From Selaginella moellendorffii (lineage: Eukaryota > Plantae > Lycopodiophyta), in NCBI RefSeq assembly GCF_000143415.4, contig NW_003314353.1, positions 123,483 to 187,482 of the forward strand: 64,000 nt of DNA. The letters run 5' to 3'. A program made the position numbers and the translations under genes. Shown in pieces: positions 37,637-49,524 of this stretch. The notes under the pieces were generated by a model. It did not search any database, was not told where the DNA came from, and saw only the letters and a program-made list of their open reading frames with translations. Numbering within the stretch: position 1 is the first letter of the stretch; the number at the start of each line of letters is the position of its first letter.

Positions 37637-39085
37637 TCACCGAGATCTACACAGGTATTTAATCCAAGCCTGTTCTGCCAAATGGTTGGTTAACATCGAA
37701 TCTTCATCAGCGTTGGTCAGAAAGACATTCGTTGAGTCTATCCATAGAACTCCAACGTCTAGCCCGGTCGGATAATCAGAGTCCTTGGGAATAACACTTG
37801 CGGCAATGTCCTGCGGTTGCATTTGAAGATCTTCCAAAACAGTCTCCGTAAATGCATGCCCCGTGTGATCGTAAAGTATGATAGATAGGGGTTGACCAGC
37901 CACTGGAAATAAAGAAAAGAAAGTGAATGATCAAATAATTAGACAACGGTATCACTCACCAGTATCTCTTGCCGCTTCAACGTCGCCAGAAAAATCACCG
38001 CCACATCCAAAGAGCGCAAACGTCCTACTTCTGAAGCAGTTCATGGGAACCAGCAGAAAGTACTCTTCACTACCTGCAAAGAACAAAAAAATCTTAGTGT
38101 GTAATAAAACACCGAAACACTTACCTTTAGCAGGAGTCACTGACGTGAGAATACTTCTACTGCAACCATTGCCGCCCTCAGACATTGACATTAACAGCTG
38201 ACGTGCTTGAGCGGGAGTAAGAACCCGAAGTTTGTTCTTTGTGGAGCCCGGTGGCCTTTCTCTTTCTCCGCCTTTCCACGCTGCACAATGTTTCCGTAAG
38301 TGAAGGTGAAAATGCACGAAAGAAGAAAAAACTCCTTACCTTGCAGGAGCAACGCTACTAACAAAACGATCAAAACCATGAAGAAGCTCCCACCACCAGC
38401 AAGAACCCTGTACAAAAGATAGACTTGGTCTTCGAGCCTTCTCACATATTCTCCCACGGTTGCATTAGCATACGCGTTTTGGAGCCTGGACTACACAGCA
38501 TTAGGAGAAAGAATCCATTGCTGGTGTACTTTACCTGCATGAAGCTAGAGCATCGTCCAGATATTCGACCTGTCCATCCCGAGAGCTCGATCGATCAGGC
38601 ATGAGCTCCACCAAGCTTCGATCTTCATGGCACTTGACAGTAGCAGCGGCCTTCTTCTCCAACTCACACTGCGCAATACTGATCTTCTTCTCACACATTT
38701 GCTTCCAGTAGGCGGCGTTCGCCAGTGATTTCTCTTGAGCGGAGACGAAGCGCAGCTCCAGCGCTATTTTCTCTCGATCGCACTCTTGCTGGCAATCCCT
38801 TCGCTTCTCCTCGCAATATTTCAGCCCATCCCAGCACGAACCTTTCTCCGCAATGCTGCTCGCGAGATCCTCCCGTGCCACTCGCGCCTGTCTCACGGCG
38901 TCCTGCGCCACCGCATTGCACCAGGAATCCACCAGCGGCACCACAAACCCTGGCAAATCCTTCCCTGTCTTCCACATCGCAGCATCGCACAGCGCCGATC
39001 CCTTCACTGCCAATCCATCGCCATGGGACCCGTGGACGATCGCGAGAGGAGCAAGAAGGCGCAAGACAACAAATATTGCGCGCAT
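37637..39085 (-). CDS. Unknown protein of about 410 aa (5 predicted exons): signal peptide, Cys-containing coiled coil, one TM helix, cytosolic tail
   Basis: ORF 38531-39085 starts MRAIFVVLRLLAPLAIVHG; downstream segments joined by short GT-AG introns give GGGSFFMVLIVLLVALLLQ and end CRSR*. No family recognised. Confidence 0.6.
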
Positions 39086-39266
39086 TGCTCGTGAGCTCTA
39101 AAACCCTAGGAGTGACGTGGCGAGTGTGCGGCGTGGATGAATAGGATTGGCCCATTTCGTCCACGTCAATTGCGTAGCTTTTCTCGCGTTGTGTGAGAAT
39201 GATCAAAGGAGAAATCGCGCTCGTTCTAGCGCTAGGTCACAAATTCTAGCCGAGAAATCTCGCTAG

Positions 39267-41113
39267 ATGAGAGAGATCATCAGCATACACGTCGGGCAGG
39301 CAGGAATCCAGCTAGGGAATTCGTGCTGGGAGCTCTTCTGCCTGGAGCACGGCATTCAACCCAATGGAAAGGCGATCGATCGCAAGTAAGCGCGTGTCTT
39401 AATCCCCCGATTGCTCAAAGTTCCCCTCGAAATCTTCCTTCTCTTCCAGCGATCACCAGGAAGCCATGGCCGGAGCTACCAAGGAATCGTTTGGAACCTT
39501 TTTCAGCGAGGCGGCGTCCGCGACGAAGCACGTCCCAAGGGCGGTGATGGTGGATTTGGAGCCTACTGTGATCGATGAGATAAGAACTGGGAGCTACAGG
39601 GAGCTCTTCCATCCCGATCAGCTCATCTCTGGGAAGGAGGACGCAGCGAATAATTTCGCTCGAGGACACTACACAGGTATGTGATCGATCGATTGCTCCT
39701 AGAAATTCTTTTTCCCTCTTCCAGCTATAGTTGTGTTCTAGCTTTAGAACTCCATTGTGGTGATAGAAGTGCTCTAGAACACTATGGCTTTTCCCTCTTC
39801 TAGCTATAGTTGTGTTCTTCTAAGCCTCTAGCAGTATATAATTTGCTCTAGAACACTATGGTTTATATTTTTTACATAGTTCTAGCTAGCTTTTAACACT
39901 TTGGTACTAGCTAGTCCATGGCTAATGGTTGATTAACGTTATAGTGTTCTCCATTTTCCAGTTGGAAGAGAGATTCTGGAGCAGTGCCTAGACAGGATAC
40001 GAAAGCTCGCAGACAATTGCTCGGGGTTGCAAGGATTTTTGGTTTTCAATGCGGTGGGAGGAGGAACTGGCTCGGGTTTGGGAGCGCTCTTGCTCGAGAG
40101 ACTGACTTGTGACTATGGACGGAAGTCCAAGCTCGGGTTTTCCATATATCCATCCCCCAAGGTAAGAAGTTCCTTCTTACAAGGTGACCAAAAACTAAAA
40201 GTTCTTGGCAGATCTCCACGGCTGTTGTGGAGCCATACAACAGCGTTCTAGCAACGCACGCTCTACTCGAGCACTCAGACGTAGTCGCGGTTCTAGACAA
40301 CGAGGCCATCTACGACATATGCCGAAAGTCCTTGAACATCGAGAGGCCGAGCTACACAAACTTAAACCGCCTCGTCTCGCAAGTCATCTCCTCGCTCACG
40401 ACCTCGCTGCGATTCAACGGCGCTCTCAACGTAGACATCTCCGAGTTCCAGACCAACTTAGTCCCGTTCCCGCGGATCCACTTCATGCTCTCGTCCTACG
40501 CGCCGGTCATCTCGGCCGAGAGGGCCTTCCACGAGCAGCTCTCGGTTTCCGAGATCACCACGTCCGTCTTCGAGCCGGCGTCCATGATGGCCAAGTGCGA
40601 TCCTCGCCACGGCAAGTACATGGCGTGCTGTATGATGTACCGCGGCGACTTGACGCCGAAAGAAGTCCAGCAGGCGGTGTCAAACATAAGGACCAAGCGC
40701 TCGGTTCAATTCGTGGACTGGTAAGGCTCCAAAGCTTCGCTTTTGCTGGCTTTCAATCGATCTAACTTTTTTGCTCACTACTTCCAAGGTGTCCGACTGG
40801 ATTCAAGTGTGGCATAAACTACCAGCCGCCGACGGCGGTTCCAAACGGAGATCTGGCGAGAGTGAAGCGCGCAGTGTGTATGATCAGCAACAACACCGCG
40901 GTGGCGGACGTTTTCTCGCACATAAACCACAAGTTCGATCTCATGTTCTCCAAGCGCGCGTTTGTTCACTGGTACGTCGGCGAGGGGATGGAGGAGGGCG
41001 AGTTCTCGGAGGCCCGCGAGGACGTGGCGGCCCTGGAGAAGGACTACGCCGAGGTCGCCCAAGACGGCGACGAAGACGAGCAATCCCAAGTCAACGGAGC
41101 CGAAGCGTACTAG
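39267..41113 (+). CDS. TUA: Alpha-tubulin, divergent isotype
   Basis: [67 protein letters not shown], terminal Tyr; 4 introns. Confidence 0.97.
39710..39862 (+). repeat. Imperfect tandem duplication (about 80 bp unit) in tubulin intron 2
   Basis: TTTTCCCTCTTC(C/T)AGCTATAGTTGTGTTCT and GCTCTAGAACACTATGG each occur twice. Confidence 0.7.
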
Positions 41114-41403
41114 AGTCACAAGTCAACGACGTTGACTTGACTGTGAAAGCCAACCGATATTCTCGGTGTAAAAAACTTCGTACAAATAAAACATTCCGTA
41201 CGAAAATATGTGGGTTCGAGTGTACGGTTTCGGCTCATAGAATATTCTATTTGGAGGGTAAGGATATTCTTCTAGTTTTTCGTACGGACCTTAATTCTTA
41301 GTGTTACGGAAACATCCCTTTGACATTCCGTACATAAAAGCCGTACACACCGAAAATTTAACACTCCCGATCGTTTTCTTTTCTCTTGCGCTGCTCCTAA
41401 CTT

Positions 41404-42786
41404 TCAGGTCGACATCGCAATGAGCTGCTTGACATTGAATGGCGAGAGGTCGGAGGGCGGGCCATTGAGAAGCCTGTTGGTGATGAGCCTGTTAATGCTC
41501 TCGCTGGGATGGAACGCGTCCCAGAACACGTACTTTGTGCGGTCCGAGCACAGATTCGACAGCCCAGTGCACGTCAAGAGCCCGTTGTAGCTGCCTTGCC
41601 CGCAGCACGCCATGTTGGTGTACTGGAAGCCTGGAAGAGATGGACAAGTTTCACAGTGAAAACTTTAGATATTCACAGAGGAACTTGAGAGAAACTTGAG
41701 AGAAGCTTACAAACTTAGAGACCAACGTACCGTATTTGGATGGATTCTGGATGTACTCGTTGAGGATGTCGTAGCTGTTGACGTAGACAAATGTCGCTCC
41801 CTTGAGCTCCCGGTTGAGGCCCTCGATCATGGGTTTGAGCGCCGCATTGAAGCTCAGCGCGTGGTCATTGAGCTCCTGGATGCACTCGCCGGCTCTGGAG
41901 CTTCTCTGGAGCTGCGACGGGATACAGCCAATCGGTCCCATGTTGGACACGGTCACTTTGCGAGCGCCGAGGCTGTACACTGTCTGTAAAACCGGCGAGC
42001 GAGGAAAGGGAGTGGGGAATTAAAAGCAAAGGTGGGAAGGTAACAGCGACTTTACCTTGAGCTGGTTGCGCAGAGTCGCAATCAACAGCGCATTGAACTG
42101 CGATGGGGTGTACTGCCGAGCACGCTGCGCAAAGAGGAGTAAATAGTTGTTGATGTAGTCATTGCCACCGACTGTGAAGGAGTAAATCCCGTCCGAGATT
42201 AACTTCGCAGCTGCGGACGCTCCGGCCACAGCGGCCAGATCGCTTTTGTATTTTCTGAAGAGTCGGAATTGATCCGTCATTGTCAAGCGTTGAATCTGGA
42301 GATCAAGGAAGGACAAACGTGAAAACAAAAAAAAAATTCATTTGAGAAGTCGAAACGGAAGAGCTCACGAAGATGGTTCCAGTGTCGTCCAGGATCCCGG
42401 CTCCAGCCGACGCGAAGTTGACACCCAGCAGCAGATTCTGGCCCTTCGCCTGGGGATCCAAAACTGGGAGTATAGGCGGAGTCCCCATGTAATCACCTGA
42501 AACTCGAGATCATAGGTACGAAACTCCTCTATAGTGACAACTTACTCAACAGGTCTGATATGATCTTCCCGTTGCAGAAGCGGCCGGTGGCCGCGCTGTT
42601 CGGGAAGTCGATGCCGTTTGGTGCGAAGTTGGCTCGGGCGATAGAATTGATGAAGTTGTTGTTGCCAGCATCAACTAGCGAGTCACCAAACACGAACATC
42701 GCCTTCGCTTTGGACCTGCTTGCCGATCCAGCTGCCGCTACGGAGATGAGAAAAGTCAAGAGAACAAGGAGCTGGAACGCTTCCAT
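41404..42786 (-). CDS. GDSL esterase/lipase (paralog 1)
   Basis: Signal peptide MEAFQLL.., FVFGDSLVDAGNN, GRFCNG, GVNFASAGAG, GGNDY, FWDAFHP; 5 exons. Confidence 0.95.
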
Positions 42787-43182
42787 TGTCCTTCGCTGCC
42801 CTGTTAGACAACACTTAGCAATCCAGCTTGAATGCAAACCGATATATGACTTTCGTACCTCTCGATGCGAAAGGTTCAACCCACAGCCAGCTTCGAAGCT
42901 ACCGCATCGTACGTACGTCTGCAGCAAAATGGAGAGAATAGGAAGTGCAAGCTGCTCCTCGAAACCGAGCCTTATAGGCTTGAAACGGCTCTGAAGGAAA
43001 AAGAGAACAAACCAAGAGCATTTACCAGGCTCCATCCCACCACCACCACTTCCAGCTTTCTCGCTGCCATCGTCATTTGGCATACGTGACCAACCACCGT
43101 CATTGTTCACCCGGAACTAACTCAAGGCCTTGAATTCACGTGAAGATTATTAAATACACCGAGCAAACCGAGTTTGGTTGCG

Positions 43183-44529
43183 TCATGGAAGAGCTAGTAG
43201 CTGCCTGAGATTCATCGGGCTTATGACATTAGTACCACCAAACAGAGTTTGCTGAGCAATGAGAATGTTTGCCTTTTCGGTGGGATGGTAAGGATCCCAA
43301 AATACGTACTTGGTTCGGTCGTTGCAGATGGTAGAGAACGCAGTGCAGATAAAGAGGCCATTGTAGTTGCCTTGACCACAGCACGCTGAGTTGGATACTG
43401 TAAAGCCTGGGTCCAGCTTGAGCGTGTGAGCAAAACTTCAAAACAGGAAAAGAAAAACGAAAAACGAAAAACGAAAGGTCCTGATACATACCGTTTTTGC
43501 CTGGATTGGAGACCAAGTCTGAAAGAATGTCGTATGCGTTGACATATACAAAGAGAGCTCCTCTCAGTTCTCTGTTGAGTTCGTCAAGCATTGGTTTCAA
43601 TTTGGAGTTGTAGTCCCTCGCGTACTCGTTCAGGTTCTGGACGCATTGTCCGTTGACACCTCTCTGAGTTATTTGAGAGGGGATGCAGCCTATTGGACCC
43701 ATGTTGCCGACAGATATCTTGCGAGCTCCCATGTTGTACAGATCCTGTTGTTTCAATTCATCACTTCCGGCTAGAAACTCGAGTGGAGCTTGCCTTGAGT
43801 TGTTGCTTGAAAGTTGAGACGAGGAGAGTGTTGTACTGCGGGGGTGTGTACTGCCTTGCTCTGGCCGAAAGAGCCTGAAGATAATTGTTGATGTAGTCGT
43901 TTCCTCCAATTGTGAAAGAGTACAGGCCGGCTGCCACAATCCTATCTGCTGCTCGTCCTCCTACGAACGTCGCTAATTGGCCCTTGTACCGCCTGAACAA
44001 GTTGTATTGCTCAGAAACTCGCAAGCGTTGAACCTGGAAAGAAGAGTCTCCATCACATCCTTGAGCCGTGGACGCATTTTAACTTACAAACATCGCTCCT
44101 GTATCATCCAGAATCCCGGAGCCTGCAGAAGCAAAGTTTGCTCCCCTGAGAAGGTTCCTTCCAGTGTTCTTTGGATCTAGAATAGGCAGCACTGGCTCGG
44201 TCCCCATGTATTCACCTGCAAAAAGGTCATTCGGATCCGGAGAGCATCAGAAAACGCTTACTTATGTAGTCTGCCACTAGCCGGCCATTGCAAAATCTCC
44301 CAGTCCCGAGATGATTTGGCCAGTCCTCGCCATTGGGAGCAAAGTTTGCCTTCGCCAGAGAATTCAGGTAGTTGTTGTTCCCGGAATCCACCAGCGAGTC
44401 ACCAAAGATAAAGATCGCCTTTGCACCGCGGCCACCACGACCACCACGACCACCATTTCTGTATTTCGCGTGTGACGTTTCTGCGGCAGCGAGAAGGATG
44501 ACCAAGCTCAGAGCCAAAAGCTTCTGCAT
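43183..44529 (-). CDS. GDSL esterase/lipase (paralog 2, tandem duplicate)
   Basis: FIFGDSLVDSGNN, GRFCNG, GANFASAGSG, GGNDY, FWDPYHP; same exon layout as paralog 1; one GC-AG intron (43745-43793). Confidence 0.95.
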
Positions 44530-45143
44530 GGTGGTGCTCCTTCTCTAGATCCCTCTTGGCGAGCCTCTCTTAAAGCGGTGTTATGGACAGAGACCATCAA
44601 TCCACCTGCATAAAAGAAGCAAATGAATCGTTACATCATGGACAAAGCTCATATGACAAAAAAACGTTATAACTTGCCAGTAGCTTTAGCTTGTGAGCTT
44701 GTGGAGTTAAAACCAAAGCTTGCCCATGGGCGCCAGTGGATCGACGCTGCGACCAAAGATCGCGAGGCTCTTCCATTGCGGATCACATGTAGTGTACTAG
44801 GCACGGCATACAGTGATAGCATTTCCTCGATTCAATGCCTGATATTGGGGTCCCTGTCAAGCCTTTAAGAGAAGAAATTTCTTGTCCAAGTTGATCTGCG
44901 CCAAGCCAAGCGGGATAAAAAAGACGATCGATTCATCAACTCTCTACCTGGCAGCGATTAGGGTCTTGAATCGATCTTCCAATCCCGCGCTAGCGCGAGT
45001 GGGCTCCAACATTGAAGGATCTCCCAATAGCTCTCTGGCTGCCAGGCACAATAATTCTAAAACCCAAGCGAGGTGGCAGTATCTCAGTGGTTTGATTTGA
45101 ATAGCCCGCCCATTGCTAATAATCTAGCTAGGGTTCTTCCCAA

Positions 45144-46278
45144 ATGGCTATGGCGATGGCGATGGCGCGGTGCTGTGGCGTCGGATGTCCACGAAGGCGC
45201 GATATCGCGCAGCACAGGGATGAATTCTTGAATCTGGCAGTGATTAAGCGGTACTCGCAGAGATTGGCTACGGCGCTAGCGATTTCAGGGCTTGTCTTTG
45301 TCGCTCCGCCCGCGGACGTTCGTTTCTTCACATCGCCATCGTTTTCTGCGCCGGCATTCGCCAGTGGACTTTTCCAAATGCCTCCCACAAGATTAAAGAA
45401 CAGGCAAGTACTAGATGAAAATCTCTTCTTCTCTTTACGAATTTTGTCCTCTTATCAGATATTTTCTAGTGCGAGCTGGAGAATCGGAGTATGAGACCAG
45501 TGGAATTATTAACACCAATCCAGTCTCTAAAACTTCGCTAGAGAATGGCTTGTCCGAAGCTGGAAAGAAGCAAGCAGTGCAAGCTGCTGTGAAGCTCAAG
45601 AACTTGGGAGCATGCAAAGATAGTTGCTGGATTTGGCCTTCTATCACTCAGAGATCTTATCAAGCCGCGGAATTAATCGCCTATGTCAACGACATATCAC
45701 GTAGGTGCATATCTTTTTCCTATGTTCTTCCTTGTTCTTGTTTTGTGACCGCTTCTTTCCTTTTATTTTTTATTTTTTGCAGTCGAATTGTCCCAGAGTA
45801 TAGCTTTTTGGACGCTCGAGGACTCGGAGCATACGAGGGTAAAACTCTGGATGCTGTGAACGAGGTAAGCTAGTGCTTTTTCTTAGCCACTTTTCAATAC
45901 TGGTTCCACAAGGTTTATGAGACCGACGTCGTGTCGCTTCAATCACGACCTCCGCCAAACACAAATGGAACTCCCAACGAAAGTGTCGCTGACGTGTTTG
46001 TGCGCGTCACTCAGCTCATGTCCATTCTTGAGACGCAGTACGCTGGTGATAGCATTGTCATCGTTTCGCCTGATTCCGACAATCTCTCTGTTCTTCAAGC
46101 TGGTCTATATGGCTTGGATCTTCGCAGGTGACTTCTTTCTTCTTGTGTAGAATCGTTTTCAAGTTTTCAATTATACAGGCACAGCCAGCTTAGTTTTGCA
46201 CCTGGCGAGGTACGAGAAGTGGACATCAAATCTATTCCTAAACCTTCTGCGCCATTATCTGGTTATCTACCTAACTAG
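45144..46278 (+). CDS. Phosphoglycerate-mutase-like (histidine phosphatase fold) protein, probably plastid-targeted
   Basis: LFQMPP.RLKNRYFLVRAGESE..INTNPVSKTS..GLSEAGKKQ..IVPEYSFLDARGLGAYEG..ILETQY..VSPDSDNLSVLQAG; N-terminal transit-like region. Confidence 0.85.
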
Positions 46279-46953
46279 AAACTGAAAGTATGGCCCATTC
46301 AACTTTAAGAGAGAATCGGACTTTGGATTATGGTATGCGCTCTGAATCAAATGTTTTACCGGGTGCTCACGATTTTGCTTGTTCGCAGCTAGAACAATTT
46401 GGCAAACGCTTCTACCATGTCACTTATTCCTTCGACAAGGTTACCAAGCAGTTCGAAAGCGTCTTTGTCCCTGAGCCAAAGCAGCAACAAAACCAATACT
46501 AGCAGCGATAGAATTCAGTCTCGCTTGATTCTGACTGTGAGTCACGATTTAAGTATTGAACAAGAAGAATAAGCGCCAACAGGATTCATCAACCAACTAT
46601 TTCTTTTCTTCTTTTTCCTAGCTCTCGACGTACCATCGAAAGATCAAGAAACCAAGAACAATCATCAGTAGCACCATGGGAGTTAACGGAGACGGAGAGG
46701 TACCTTCATTCATGTCTTACTTATTCCAAGCTCTGCATTCAGGTTTCCTTCCAAAGCTGTAGTTTTGACTGACGGAGCTCTGACATATTCTTGTATTGCC
46801 ATCACGCCGACGCATCACTCTGGCCCTGAAGCCGAGGCAAGTTGCTGGAGACTCTTTAAAAAGTCGGTAAAGCTTTGTTTCTGTAAGTTTGGTTGTCCTT
46901 TTACATTCTTTTCCTGTCAGCCGAAATTGGAACGTATCAACTGTTTCGAATTA

Positions 46954-47364
46954 CTACGCCGGCCAGAATCGACCAACAGTGTCTAGAATTTTACAAGCCA
47001 GATCGAGAAAGTTTCCCAGATCCTTGACAATGTCCGAATCCTGGATCCAGAGCAGCAGCACCAACGAAAAGAGTGCCAGCAGCAGCAGCTCCCTCCGATG
47101 CAAACGTTCTCCAACAATCCAGGAATAACAATACTCTCCGAGAAGAGAGGCCACTAGCAAGAGCAAAACAATCGAAGCTACATTGGACCATGAGCGTTTT
47201 TCCTCGTGGACGAGCTTGAAGAGATCACTTCTCCTGATCGTTATGATGTCTTCGCTATCGCCATCGCCAAAGTAGTAGTGATAGAGGTAGCGGAGCCTCC
47301 GGCGAATGTACCATGGACAGACGAGCAATCCCGCAACAATCGTGAGAACCACGAAGAGAACCAT
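46954..47364 (-). CDS. Hypothetical 136-aa membrane protein (3 hydrophobic segments)
   Basis: ATG-initiated ORF with three TM-like stretches; no recognised family. Confidence 0.4.
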   Translation of the reverse strand: MVLFVVLTIVAGLLVCPWYIRRRLRYLYHYYFGDGDSEDIITIRRSDLFKLVHEEKRSWSNVASIVLLLLVASLLGEYCYSWIVGERLHRRELLLLALFSLVLLLWIQDSDIVKDLGNFLDLACKILDTVGRFWPA

Positions 47365-47656
47365 GATGGATCGGAAAGAAACATGACAAAGAAACTATGA
47401 AACTCCATTACAAAACTCGAGAGTTATATGAAGAACCTGAGACAACGAACTAAAAAACGCGAACAAAACGAAGACGTCACTTGCGTGTAGCTCAATGGTC
47501 AGAACTACAGCGCTCTCTCAAGTTGTGAAAATTCCGTGTGATTGCGATCGATCACACTTGGTTCATCACGTCAAACGCGGTCTCTACTGATCTCACAAGG
47601 GACGCGCAAAAAAGGCTTGGAAAAGTTCTCACTTTGATTGATTCACACAAAACTTT

Positions 47657-49157
47657 TTACATTGCAGAGCTCCGCTTGCCATCTTCCTCGATGAAACCAG
47701 GCAGGATCACCGCGTCGCGCTGGTTATCGAGCACGGCTTCCAAGCGCTTTGCGTCGACGTTGAAAGTCTTGGACATGATGTCCTTGCTGAAAGCCTTAAA
47801 CACGGAGTTGGATCCTGCGAAAGATAAGAACGATCTTTTGAGGCCAAGAACTACGTGAAACACTATCAGACCTGCCAAGAACTGTGGACGGTTCCGCCGA
47901 GACGATGTGCTGAATCCAACGAACTCGAAATCACCATTCCGGGAAGCGATTTGGCACATCGGGAAGTAGCGAGGGACGAACACCACCTTGCTCTCGTCCA
48001 GTTCCTTGTCGAGCGCGTTGGTTCCATTCGGGTATGAGACTTGGATCCTTCCGTTGCCCTTGGTGATGAAGGCTACCTCGGCAGCTCTGGGATTCCAGTG
48101 CGGTGCGAGCATAGCTCCCTGGCAAAACCACGAAGTTTAGTTTCCTGGCAATAGAGATCACAGATGTTGGAACTTACTGGCTTCAAGCTGACTGCGAAAA
48201 CTCCGACGTCCGCCTCTTTCAAGGGACTGAATTCCGCGCCATGGACAGCGATCGTCCAGCCGTTCTCGTTCTTAAAGTCGGGAGCTTTCTTGAGCAAGTT
48301 GAACGGCTTAGGCGCGTCACCACGAGCATTTGAAGCGGCCGAGTCTCCCTTCAAGAAATCATATCCAGCCCGTGATGTGTAGACAATGGGACCTTCGGTT
48401 TGGGAGCCCAGGATCTCTGAAACATCCTCGGGAGCCACCTACAAGAATCAAAGGTATTCATTCATGTAAGAGAAGGAACGAGCAAAAGTTGATATGCTTA
48501 CCTTCAAAGCAGCAGCGACGGCCTCCTTACGAAATCCCGAGAGAATCGTTCGAGGATCAACTCCACCACCAACGAAAAACGATTGGAAGTGTCCAGCATC
48601 GAGGCTCTCGGATGTGTCACACATCCCATACAGACGCAGCCTCTGTCCCTCGTCGGTGTTGAGGACGTAGAACACGAAACCACCCGGGAGAGCGTAGATA
48701 TCTCCAGTCTCTAAGTCCTGCCGGTTAAGGTAGTCTTGCTCGGCCCATCCCAAAGTCATTCGTCCTGGATTGATAGAAAGGATTTAGAGGAAACAAATCG
48801 AAATCCAAAAGAGAGAAGAGAGAAGCTTAGCTTACCTTTGTGGACGTAAAGCACGCAAGAGGCATCGAGGTACTGTGGAAGCAAAAGGCCCTTGGGCTCG
48901 ATGGTGATGATGCTGAGACCAATGTGGTTCTCTGCAAGGGCTCCCAGCTCTTTGGGACCGGGAAGAACTTGGATATCCCCGGCTTCCGTACTCACCACCT
49001 GTACGGGTTCCTTGAGCACGAAAGGACTGGTCGCTTGCTTGTGATGGTCGCCTTCTTCGTCGCCACGGTCGTGGCGCTCATGGCGATCGTGTTCACTCGC
49101 GCTGGATGAGACGATAAGCAGGGCTAGCGCGCACAGGATCAGCGATTTTCGAGCCAT
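47657..49157 (-). CDS. Vicilin-like (7S globulin) bicupin storage protein
   Basis: Signal peptide; ITIEPKGLLLPQYLDA (cupin 1); MLAPHWNPRAAE..FVPRYFPMCQIASR..FEFVGFSTS..PQFLAG (cupin 2); short introns. Confidence 0.92.
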
Positions 49158-49419
49158 TGTGTGAATCTGTAGAGAGATTTTAGAGAAAACTATCGACGAA
49201 CGAACAAGAACACAAGAAAATCCACGAAATGTCGTCCAAAATCGAGAAGGGAACCACGAATCATCGCGATCAAAGAGGATAGCTCGATCGATGCAAGAAT
49301 CCTGGCCAAGATCGCAAGAAAGAATGCTTACCCTGGGAGAGGAAGACGGAGGCGCTGCTTGGATGGAATGGCCGATCGATGGCCCTTAAAAATACGCCCT
49401 CGAGCGCCTCATCGTTTCC

Positions 49420-49438
49420 CATGCAAGCATTACATGCA
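49420..49438. promoter_or_regulatory. Two RY elements (CATGCA) upstream of the vicilin-like gene
   Basis: CATGCA at 49420-49425 and 49433-49438, about 30-45 bp beyond a minus-strand TATA-like TATTTTTAAG (49385-49394). Confidence 0.55.
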
Positions 49439-49524
49439 GTGGGCAGGAAGGGTATATTCCTGTCATGATTCTTGAATAGATCCCAGCCGTTGCGCGTGGA
49501 ATAGGGTTAGGGCTTCGCGGAGCG

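Noticed and set aside
44505-44530. GAGCCAAAAGCTTCTGC at the GDSL2 start resembles the 3' arm of the MIRNA candidate (possible local target)
   Set aside because: Pairing needs bulges and covers too little of a 21-mer; likely chance.
47484-47560. tRNA-like start GTAGCTCAATGGTCAGA followed by hairpin GTGTGAT/ATCACAC
   Set aside because: No acceptor stem, no box B and no proper anticodon arm; at most a fragment.
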